64,000 bases of DNA from Raillietiella orientalis. Lineage: Eukaryota. The stretch lies in assembly GCA_036172245.1 (NCBI GenBank), contig JAYWIR010000083.1, positions 62,001-126,000 on the forward strand, written 5' to 3'. Shown piece after piece: positions 37,074-47,835 of the stretch (the first letter of the stretch is position 1; each line of letters starts with the position of its first letter). A model generated the notes under the pieces. That model was not told the DNA's origin, searched no databases, and worked only from the letters and a program-made list of their open reading frames with translations. The translations under genes were made by a program, and so were the position numbers.

Positions 37074-38952
37074 CATTCGCAGCTGCTTCCCGGACACCAG
37101 CGGCATCGGACGCCGTGGCTGCCAGGGACCGCGGGCGCGGACGCGCTCGGGCGGCGGCTTCGTTTTCCGCTCTTGGCGCGCAAACGTGGGAGTCCCCGTC
37201 TTCTTTCACGGGACCTCCGCTTGCCGGAGCCCGGGAAACCGGAATGGATTCCACTCCGCTCAGGTTCTCCCTCGAAGAATGAGAGGATCATGCGTTGTCG
37301 AGGCAGGGATGCCGGGGGGAAGAAAAAAAAAACTTGAAAAATTAGAGGAAAAATCCTTGACATTCAGGAGGAAATTCCGGGATTTGCAGGTGCCGTCACT
37401 TTCCTTCCTCCTACTTTTCTTTTTTTTTTCCGTTTTTCTCTGCGGTGTGGAGATGCAAGAGTCATGAGATTCCCTCTGCAGCCAGAGGCGTCCCGAAGTG
37501 TGCGTCCACTCCCGTCCAATGAGATCTCCGGGAGTCCTCAGGGCGAGATGCATTTCCTTGCGGCCTCCTTGGGAGCAAGGACAGATGGCCACTTTGGCAA
37601 GGCTATAGGACCGCGGGTCAAGAGGAGGACCGGTGGCCGTCTCTGTGCCTTCGGGGCACAGAGAAAGGTCATGCCACCAGGAACGGTAGGGGGGTGGAGG
37701 TGCTGTGGTCGCGGGGGGGAGGAAAGCAACCTCACCCGGCGCCGCGTAGAGTACAGAGGGGGGATGGCGGATCGCGGGGTCACGTTCACGCGCTTTGCTG
37801 ACCTCAGACTCTCCCCTTCCCAGACGAGGCACCCGCAGCCATCTACGGATCCAAAGAGGGAGCGACCAGACTTTCAGAGTTCCTCCTCATCCTGGCAGTC
37901 TCCTGCAGCGCCCGGCTGATCCGGATCTAGGCCTCAAGAGGCGGCACGCGCCGAGGGCGGCGACCGAGGAAGGGAGAAAAAGCTCCTCTGGGCAACGCTC
38001 CGCCCGGGTTTGAGAAATGCAGAGATTTCCACCTCCGGACCTGTCTCTAGAAGGAACGAGGTGGAGGAATGGCGGAACGCGGGGTCACACGAACAGATTG
38101 GAGAGCAGGACGCCACATCAGCCGTAGGGCACGTCGGCGGTGCCGCCAACGTGACCATCTTCCCCCGTTCGGAGACTCAGGCCGGCGAGAAAGGTTCCCA
38201 GGAAAGGGAGAACCGGGGACGTGGACTCCAGAGTAGCAGTGGAGTTAGGTAGCAGCCTGTGCGGTCCGCATCCTGCCCTGAGCCGTTGCTCAGCAACGCC
38301 CCGATAGGAATGCACCTCGCTTGCCTTTCCACGGCGAAAGATGTGTAGCGAACGGCGTCAGAGAAGGCGCAGCACGCATCGGGAGCGGGTGCGGACTCTT
38401 ACAGATGGGCCAAGACCCAGGCCAGCCCAAAGCCGCTGGCACCCGGCGGGCTTCCCATGAGGTGTTTCAGGTGTCTCCCGACCTCGGACCCAGTCACTAG
38501 GCAGGGAGGGCGATGCGCTTTCTTGCTCCGGGAGGATTTCTGCTACACGACCTACTTATCTTCTCTGGCCCGAGCTCGTAGTCACGGAGATGCTCCCCCC
38601 CCCTACTCCTTTGCTACCTGCTTCATGGGCAACCACGAAAAGAGCTCCGCTGCGCATCTCACGAGCCGCAGGGCTTGAGCGACTTTGTGGAAATCGGGTA
38701 ATGGGACCAAAACAGTGAAGGCCCTCAAGTTGATTTTCATCTTCCGCGGCGCATGTCCTTCAGGCTACTGAGGGTGGCAACCCTCCCGCTAATAACAATG
38801 CAAATCATTCCCCGTTGGGGCTCTTACGGGAGAAACTGAAGACACTTTCCATCCCCAACGAAAGTGCTTTTCCAGGTCCAGAATTTCATGATTCGCGCTG
38901 ATCCAAGAGTGACTTCGGAATGCAAAGGGCGTTCTTCTGCTGCTGCTTCTCC

Positions 38953-39047
38953 TCATCATCATCATCATCATCCCTTCTTCCTCCTCTTCCTCCCTTTTTC
39001 TTTCTCTCCTCCCTTCATCATCTTTCTCCTCCTTCCTTCCTCCTTTT
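38953..39047. repeat. (CAT)n microsatellite followed by a pyrimidine-rich low-complexity tract
   Basis: catcatcatcatcatcat, then a CT-rich run. Confidence 0.85.
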
Positions 39048-39499
39048 GACGGTGGCTAACGAAGGGCGGTTGAGTGAGTGAGTTTGGCTCCCTCAAAACC
39101 ACAAACCACCAGCGCCACCTCATTAAGTGCGTCTCTCTCCCTGTAGGCATGTAGACGTTTAAGTGCACGGAAGACCTTAGAGAAGAACCCTTTAGTCAGA
39201 AGGCCACCTGCATTGACCACCTGCTGACTACTACTACAACGTGGTCGCACTCGAGCTATGTATCAGTCAGTGTCACGCGTTTCATGCCACAGATGAATTG
39301 CACGGGGGTTTCATTTTGCATAGGCCACAGATGAGAGTCCTCCAGAAGCAGTTTGAAACACACGACGAAGCACTCCATCTCGCTTGTCCCGAATCACCGA
39401 ATGCGAAGTTGCTCCAGCAGAGATTAATGATTCTCGCATGATCTTCGATTGCAAAGTGAGATCGATTCCTATCTGCTGCCAAGAGATTCTCACAAAAAA

Positions 39500-42480
39500 T
39501 GCTCTACACTTCCGCTAACTCTCCTTCTCCATATTAGAGAGGGATTTCCTTGTTTGGCAAATCACTGCAAGAGGAACGGGCTGAACTGATCTCAGTGCCT
39601 CCTTGGATAATGGGATCTGTCTTTTTCTTGCTTTCGCGTTTGCTGGAAGCTGATGGCACAGCTGACTGTAGGTTGAGGAATCGCTTACCCCTCTAGTGAG
39701 AAGCAGGGAGCAGAAGATTTGCTGGGAGTAGGTCCAAAGGGCATCAGCACCTTTGTTGGATGCAATCGCCGTCATCACTTTTTGTGAACAGACATCAGCA
39801 ACATGACATACGAAGGACGTATGTTCATTGAGAAGATTTGTACAGAGATGTCCTCCCCACGCAGATGCATTCCGTGTCCTCAGTGCCACCAGCTTTTGCC
39901 AACCTCGCCTTCTGTTTCTTGGAGACCTCTTGAAGCATCCGCATGCGGTGCTCCGACTGTCTCATTCTCGAGAATACGCTTTCAGAGCACCATTCCCTGA
40001 GGTTGCACCTCAGCGTCGGAGATGGCAGCTCATTGTCTTGACAAGACAGAATGAAATGGCATTTAGTACTGATGCAAACATTGCTGTCTCCAAAACCTCG
40101 GGGCCCACGCATCTCTTCTGCCCAACAAAAACAGCTTTTCAATTAGCACTGGTCAGTCTTGTCCAGTTGGGACCTTTGTTCCTTCCTGAAACCTGGAGAA
40201 CGTTTCTATACGTTTCTAAGGTAAAGCTTCCACTCCTCCATGGGAACAGCGCAAGAGCGCTTCTTGCGTTCTTTACTCAAGCAACAGACTTCTGGACTTG
40301 ACTCCTACATCTTGATCTCGTGAAATCTGTTTGCCCTTTTCTTCCCTCTTACTGCGGCTCGCTCTCGAACCACGCAAGAAATTCTTTGGTGCACTCCACT
40401 CCGCCGAATTTCATTTTGCATTCATCTTACTCCTCGTGACACAGCCCTTTGCTGACTCCAGATACGTCTTAAGGACTTCTTCACAGAACCTCTTCTTCAC
40501 TCACAAAATCCCTCAGATACAGTAACCATAGCGTAGAACCTCTGCATCTTTGGAAATTAGTGATCTCAGCTGCCGCTGTCGAATACCCAAACCCTCCGGA
40601 ATCGACTTATCTAAGCAAATGGCAAACTGTTTCTCTCAACTTCATAAAAATAGGCTATCTTCCTACGCTGCCTGAGCTCCCAGAGTTTGGTGGGGCCTGG
40701 ATGGTTTGAGGTCGGAATGATTAGCCCCATTTCAAATGCCTTGTAGGAGCGGCAATTAGTTTTTGCTCAGGTCGCCATTTGCAAAGTTTCAGCGTTTCAG
40801 TCCGCGCTTATGGGCACGCCGCTGCTCGCTCTCCACATCGGCGGCAATCTGCATCCTAGGAAGGTCGGATTAAGCGCGGTGACCTGGCAACACAATCCAG
40901 TGTGCGGGCGTGCACCAGAAGGAATCGGTTTTGCATACTCAGATTCCAGAATCCACGGAGTCATTGGATACTTCAGTGCTTTCATCTCTCCGAAGCGTCC
41001 GCAGCATCCACCACCACCCAGCGTCGGCAGTCAGTCGATGAAATTTTTTTTTCTAGCGGACCCACGAAGGATCTCTTATTCCCTTGCGAAAATAAGTCCG
41101 GCATTTTCGTTTTCCACCGCTCCCGTGTCACGTGACACTTCAGGGCGATGGTTGAGGAAGCCCTGCAAGATGGAAGCAGGAACAGGAAGCAGCGAGATAC
41201 CTCCTTTCTGCATTCGATAGTGCGAGACAAACGTCAGGCCCTGAGGCGCGAAACCTTACGATGGAAAGCAGGGTGCGGGTATGCTGAACGAAAACGGGAA
41301 CCTCGCGTTTCACAGGACAAACATTCCCACTGTGAAGATGCGTATGAAAAAAGGGAAGCGATGACGTAGAAGACTGGAATGCACAAAACCGTAAAGCCTG
41401 TTTCTACCGTCAAAGGCATTAAACGAAAGTGAAAGAGAGGGAGACAGCTAAAGGCTTCGAAAGAGGATGGAGAAGGTTTCTGTTTCGCCATCCTTGCAGA
41501 GGAGCAATTTTTGCTGAGGTCGGTTCGGTTTAAGTCGGCTGCGCCTTCCCGCGTCCCTATTCCCTCGGTCGCTACTTTTCGCAATTTGCAGTCTGCAGCA
41601 GCCCTCGATCCCCGGCAAAAGGCAGCTGCTTTTGCACGGGTGCTTCTACGTCGTCTGGATTTGGAATGAGCGAAATTTTTTGTCCTCCTCAAACTCCAGC
41701 AGCAATCACTGATGGCAGGGATCTACATAGAGAGGCTGCAAGCAAGTCTCTGTCAAAATTTGCGTCCTCGGAGTACGGCTACTGCATGGGAAAAATTCCC
41801 GGTCACTCCGACCTCTTTCTGCATGCGCCCCTTGCTCCTAGATCAAGTAAACATTCGTATCAAGGATTCGCAGGACTTCACAGACTCCGTTGCTGATCTC
41901 CAACTTCTATCTCTTCGAGACATTCGCAAGCATTTGGACCATGTCTTTCGGGTGCGCCGTGACGGAACGGGAACAGCTGATGTTAATTTGAAGCTCATCC
42001 AAGCGACAGGAGTTGCTCTGAGTGGTTTTTAAAGTCCACCGTTTCCCAGATGCCGAGATGCCTGCCGAACTCCAGATGCTCTTCTACTCCATCGTGCATA
42101 TCAGCGCATCATGAATAACGCGCAGAGTCCGCGTTCTCTCTGAGAGCTGAAGACCAGTGGCTCGACTCTAGAAAGCCATCATCGGAATCACGTGCAGAAT
42201 GCTGGGCGTGACGTCTGTGCCCTACGCGTGAAATCCTGGAAGAAATCCACCCGAAAGCTGTTTTCTTGGTATGTGCTCACCTTGCTCAGAACAGTTTTGA
42301 GCTTCCCACGAGGAGAAAATACTCCATTTCGGAGGAGGGGGACTTCAAAGGGGCTCTCCCTGAGTTGGAAAGCACAAGAATTTAGGAACCCAAGAAGGCC
42401 GCTGCTACGTGCAACCTGCGAGCAAACGGCGCTGAGCTTAGAACACACACTGGGAAAAAATGCAGCGCAAAGATGAGAAT
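39500..42480 (-). mobile_element. Decayed, interrupted L1/Tx1-like ORF2 (endonuclease to RT start; approximate limits)
   Basis: STYQENSFRVDFF (TY...SRID-like) near 42250, KAGGTED..SLYK near 39870 and SVQPVPL (RPISL-like) near 39580, in order on the minus strand. Confidence 0.4.
39719..39830 (+). pseudogene. 112-bp inserted fragment of exon 6 of the neighbouring FERM gene
   Basis: Reverse complement of 57834-57945 with 3 substitutions, one of them TGG>TGA. Bracketed by agaagatttg at 39712-39721 and 39831-39840. Confidence 0.95.
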
Positions 42481-43399
42481 GAATCATCTTTTATGATGGT
42501 CAAGTTGGATTTTAGAATTGCTGCGTACCGAATTTGGCTGAATTTCCATGGGAGTTGATCTGACAGCGAGCAGTTTGCAATCAAGCTACTGCTTCTGAGT
42601 AAAGCTCAAGTAAGTAGGAAAAAATAATAATAATAATAACTAAATCAGCGTGAAAACTGAATAATCAGAGCCATCCGGACGGTATTCATTGGAGCATCCA
42701 AAAGATTTCTGGTCACTGGAAGCACTTCTTTGCTGTAACCGGAAGCGCTTAGCCGGAATGGGGAAAACCTGCTACAGAGAAAGAAGAACGTGGGACACGG
42801 AAGATTGCTATGCAAACGTCCGATGCTCTGTTTGCCTCGGTATAGATTTCCATCAGCACAGAGATCCTTGGCAGCGGAGTATGAAATTTTCAAATGGGAA
42901 ATCCCATGTTATGGGATGAATGATAAAATCAACTGCGGGATGCAGATGCCATTCTGGAAAGCTACCTTTTTATTGGCACTGTCGCCTCTCGTGTGGAATG
43001 GGTTCCGATCTGAAAGGATCGATTACGGTGGGGAACACGGATACGAAGTATCCTCCAGCTTCCAAACGGTTGCTCAGCTGAAATTCCGGATGGGGAAGCC
43101 TGACTGCCCCTCGAACTTTTTTTCTGCCGGATGACGGAATCTTTTCGGCGCATCTGAAACAGCCAGCGACTTCCATCTTGCAGGCGGCCCAATCCGTGCA
43201 ATCGCCAAGGAAAGTTTGGAGAGGAGAAAGTCCCTTCCAGCTGCAAACTTGCTTGAATGCTTTGTATGCGCAGCGGCAAGCAGGTCACAAATGCAGCTGC
43301 CATGGGGAATTTCAGAAGCGTTCGGGATAATTGCGAGAACGGAGGGAACTTTCCTCGTTCGTAATCAGTCAGGCATTTTTGCACGGGGTCAATCTTGAA

Positions 43400-44720
43400 T
43401 CCCTTCCTCCCTACTCAAGGGTCTCTCGTAGAGGTCTATTTGCATGCCCATTCAGATAATGCATTGCCACTCCTAGACAGACGGCATCTTGAGATTTTCC
43501 CGAAAGCTTACAGAACGGGTTAAAGTGCCCTGCAAGAGAAGTGTTCAGTATCCCAGGGAGCGGGAAATTCCGAAATAAATTCCACAAGGACTCCTCCAGA
43601 AAACCTCCTACAGTGGAATGAGGAGAAATCTGCTCCCCATCCACGTCCGCAAGGCACTGCAGACGGCTATTAGTAACCGAGAGAAGCATTTCGAGCCACA
43701 TCCGTTTTGTTTGACTCGAGGCTCTCCAGGCGAAAGAACGGATCCGCAGGTCCCACCCTTTGTGGGGAAGGGGGAGCAGGAAAAACCTGGATTTGCGCAA
43801 GAATCCGATCTCTCTGAACTTTGGACAGAAAGTTTTCGTCAACATCAGAGAAGGAACTGTTTCGTGAATCCCGAGTGAGTCTTCCACGAGAGATGTTGGA
43901 TTTATTGAGGTCTGGAGAGTTCAAGAAGCTGGAAGCTGACACGCAGGTTCCTTGGTCTCCAAGGACTTTCCGCGGCCAGGATTTGAAAAACTTGAGATAA
44001 ATCATCTTTATGTGCGAGTCAGAATTCGGTAACCTCCTCGCACGGGATCTCCCAGTCCGCAAAGCTGAGACTCGATAAGTAAGGAAGTGCAAAGCAAAAA
44101 TTTTTGCCTCCTCTGATTCCTGACCCACGCGACGGGGGCCCTGCCCCAAGAAAGGGAAAAGCAGCCTCCTATGGCGGCTTTCGGGCGTGTTCCTCCGGAA
44201 AACGGTTAGCAAGCCGAGACGTCACAACTGGGGGCTGCAGGAACGCACTGCGACCTTCCACAAGAAAGTCCCTCGGCCAGAAATTTATTCAAAGCACCGC
44301 AAGTGTTCCAAGCGTCAGGGACTTCGGACAGTTTGCGGGCTCTGGAGATCCCCAAGGCTGGGAGAAAGATTTCACTCGCGTTCCAGGTCACGCCTTAGCT
44401 CTTCCAGGAGATGGCAAAGCCACGAAGCTGCTTGCTTTCCCCGTAAATCAGTGTGGAAAGAAGCCACGAGCGAGACCAAGATGAGAGCGGGTTCTGGCTT
44501 TGAAGGGAGGGACGCCGAACAGGAACCTAGACAAGACCAAAACGACACTCCTCTGAAACCGCGATCTCTCCAGGGGGTTGACCCTCCATACCCAATGCCT
44601 CCATCACTGCTGATATCAGGAACGAGAAGGGTTCAACAGGAAGCAACAACGGGCAATTTCGAACGAGTACGGTTCTTCTGAATCCAAAGGAGGAAGGTGC
44701 TCTTTTGTGAAAATCTGTCA
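43400..44720 (-). mobile_element. Decayed L1/Tx1-like ORF2, RT core to zinc-binding region
   Basis: RNCPLLLPVEPFSFLI, TWNASEIFLPALGI...W...LNKFLAEGLSCGR, RRLLFPFLGQG, LPNSDSHIKMIYLKF and LRIRSFAWR, in canonical order. Confidence 0.6.
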
Positions 44721-46599
44721 CCACCTTCTACGTGATGGTGTTTCCGGGAACTAACCTTTTGTTAAAGTAGGCGTGTGACGTAGCTGAGGCTACAGCTGAC
44801 CCCTCATCTCCTTCTTTCGCGCTGCCATTCCCGTCTTTTACGCAACGCCAGATTTTCAATTCGAGAGCTTTCGCATTGGTTAATAGAGCCTTTAGGTGAT
44901 GGTTGTGGGAGCACCAGAAAGCGGATATAGTTATACGAGCACGTGTAGGCTGTACATGCACGTCCACAGGTATACGCATAAGTACGGTAGTGTGATTTCC
45001 GTTCTAAAAACATCCGTGTTTGCACGTGCCAACGCGCGTGTGCAACTACTAGCATGTATACGTGCACAGTATCCGTATATGCGTACACCTCTGAGTAGGG
45101 ATCTATGCAGAAAGTTGACTTTCATGTAATTGACGCCTTTCAGACCTCATAAAAGAAATTTTCAGGCCCACCTGCTTCATGAGTACCAACGAAACAGCTC
45201 CGGATTCTAATGTACTTCTGTACATAACGATGCACGAAGAGGCACGTACAGTGCAACATTTGTGCGAATACACATCGTCTTCTCCAGGGTAAACTGAAAG
45301 CTCAAGTTTCCCGTGATAGACCGCACTTGTACGTATGCTCCATTCCAGCGCGAACTGTGTGTATTTTGCATCTGGGATCGGGTTGCCAAGCGCACTGCCC
45401 TTACGTATTTGCCCTGGCCCCAAAGTGGCAGCGTTGGCTTCCAAGTCAACAGCAGGGCAGTTGCGAGTCGATTCGCGCGCCAGAAAACACGCAGCCATTC
45501 CGAGTGGCAACTCCCGAATGAATGACCTTTGGAAGTTGAGAACTGAGCGACAGCTCATCTTTGGAAGAACATCGGGTGTATTGTACGGAGCAGGGTCCCG
45601 GAAGAAATGACCTCCGTTGCTACCTACACCCAACTCAGGGATGATCAAGTTGAGTCTCATCCGAATGGAAAGAGTGCCTGTTGATTTTAGATCGTTGATG
45701 TGACCTTAACCTTCCTCGCTTTGACTGTTGATATTCATAACCATACGTTAATGACCGTTGAGCTCAGTGATGAGGCTCCGAAATTATCTCTGATATTTGC
45801 GACATAAACTGGCACAGATTTTTCCCAGTCTTCTGCTTTTTGGCAGATATCTCGTGCTCTACTTTCCGAAAATGTATCTCTTACTGCTTCAACAAACTCA
45901 TCTTCAGGTTAGTCATTAATGTCAAGATAACATAAAGCTTTTACCTTGTGCTCACCATAGTCAGAGTTACAAATGCTCTTTGGAGGGTGATTGTCACCTA
46001 CAGGGGAATTTATTACGTGGAGCAATGAAATTACATTTGTGTGGCAGAACCCTTGGTTCTACCACGCGCAATGAACCTGCCGAAGACCGGTGCGCTGCCC
46101 GGAGAGGACCGCTTTGGCAGGGGGAGTGGGGGGAGGGAAAACAAAAACAAAAGGAATAAACAAGCAAAACAGGCGAGGGGAAATCATACACGGGGAAGGG
46201 GAAGAGACCGAGGAAGGGATCATGGTACGCTGCCAGGCGTCCTCTGCATCCTGCTCAGGATACTAACAAGTTCTGCCCGTACAGCGCCCAGGTGGGGCTA
46301 TCTCGAGGCGGTCCTCAGGGAAGATCCGCGCTTAGTGTTACGTATTCGGCCCTCTTCTCCTGGAGCTCCAGGCCACCGAGAACGAAGCAGAGAACTGCGA
46401 AGTACGCTGCTGGCGGCGGTAGTGCCACACCGCGCACGAAGAGGCCTCTGAAAATGCCCCTGGGGCCGCCCGCCGAGATTCCTAGGATCGTCGCGAGACC
46501 ATCTCAGAGATTCACAGTCCAACGGCAGGTGGGTGAGAATCTCCTTCTTCCCACGCTTGTCACACCCGGGCGTGGTCCATACTCTCGCCCCGAGGGATA

Positions 46600-46900
46600 G
46601 TCTTCTGAGTTGGAGCTATGCTCCATCCTCTCCAGCATAAGGAGGTCCAGTCCGCCATCCTCATGCAGAGCATACAAGTCTTTCAGCCAGATTCTGGGCC
46701 TCCGTGTGCCCACAGGGCTTTTCTCATAAGGTACTCGGTGCTTCTCTTGACGGCCGGTGGGGGCGAGGCAAACACAAAGCAAAGGGTTGAGGGGGAAAGC
46801 CTCAAACGAGTTCCACCGCACCGCCCGTTCCTGCGAGCAAAACTTTCCGTTCTGGAACGGGTCGAGTGCCCTTTTTGGGGACGTCCGGATCGACAGAACT
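46600..46900 (-). mobile_element. L1/Tx1-like RT thumb remnant
   Basis: ERAVRWNS...PPPAVKRSTEYLMRKALW and RPRIWLKDLYALHEDGGLDL (cf. FLW.G..PRI...L..P...GGLGL). Confidence 0.55.
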
Positions 46901-47174
46901 CCGAGGTCCCTGTTTGGATTGGAAGCGACACGAGCTGGATGCCATCCTTTCAGTGAAACGATTCCTTCCACGCTGCTGCACAATGGAGTTCATCTGCCCC
47001 AATCGGCTGTATGACTTGGTTGCCCTTGTGCTTGGGGTGGGGCACTTGGGGTCGCAGAGTCCATCACTTCCTTAGTTGTCCATGTCCCCAGTAGTTTCTG
47101 TCTCCAAAAAGGATATCCTTCGGGGTTCTGTTTATCTGTTTCTTGCACCTTTTTTCCTTTTTCTGGTTTCTGTG

Positions 47175-47835
47175 CTTCTTTTTTTGGTTTGCTGAGCATT
47201 CGAGAACCGCTCGCCTGGCGGCTAACGAAGCACTTTAACGCTGTTCTACGCCACCCGAGGGTGTGTTGACTCTTGGAGTTGTGGGGTGCGCAGGGAGGGG
47301 CCACTCTAGGAATCCAAAAATGTTCCAGAGGAGGAAATCTGTTCCTCTCAGGCTTGGGAGAGAACCTTTTTCTTATGCCCTCCGGATGGACCTCCCGGGA
47401 GAAGTCATCCTTCATTTCTTTTCCGGAGGTAACCAGGAAAGGATCCGCTCCTGGAATTTCTTCAACGGAGGGTGCCCGCAACGGAGCCTGCTCCTTGTTG
47501 CTCCTCTGAAGAGAATCCCGAGGGGATGCTTCCAAATTCCTCTGAAAGGTTACTCCCCGAATGAAGCAGCACACTTCTTCACACTCTGAAGAGGCATCCA
47601 TTCGTCAGTTCTATGGTGCTCGATAAATGGTCCCTCTTTTCCGAGAGGAGAACGGATCCATCTTCGAAACCAGAGGGAAACCGAACCCCTTGATTCCTGG
47701 AAGAACCCCGGAGGTCGGATTCCATTCCCGGCCAGTCAACGGAAGCATCCATTGTCCATCAGTGCCGCTTCTTAAGCCTGCAGAGACTTTTTCAGGAGTC
47801 ATCCTTTGCAGAGATTCGAAACTCGCGGGCTGCTA
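47175..47835 (-). mobile_element. tRNA-headed SINE-like repeat, 5'-truncated (copy 6)
   Basis: Minus strand ggatgactc...ccgttgactggccgggaatgg...ggggttcttccaggaatcaagg...gatgcctcttcagagtgtgaagaag...gtcaacacaccctcggg...aaccaaaaaaag aligns with copies 2, 4 and 5. Confidence 0.8.

Noticed and set aside
45378..45515. Small MITE with ggttgcca/tggcaact ends
   Set aside because: The inverted match is short and has no convincing TSD.
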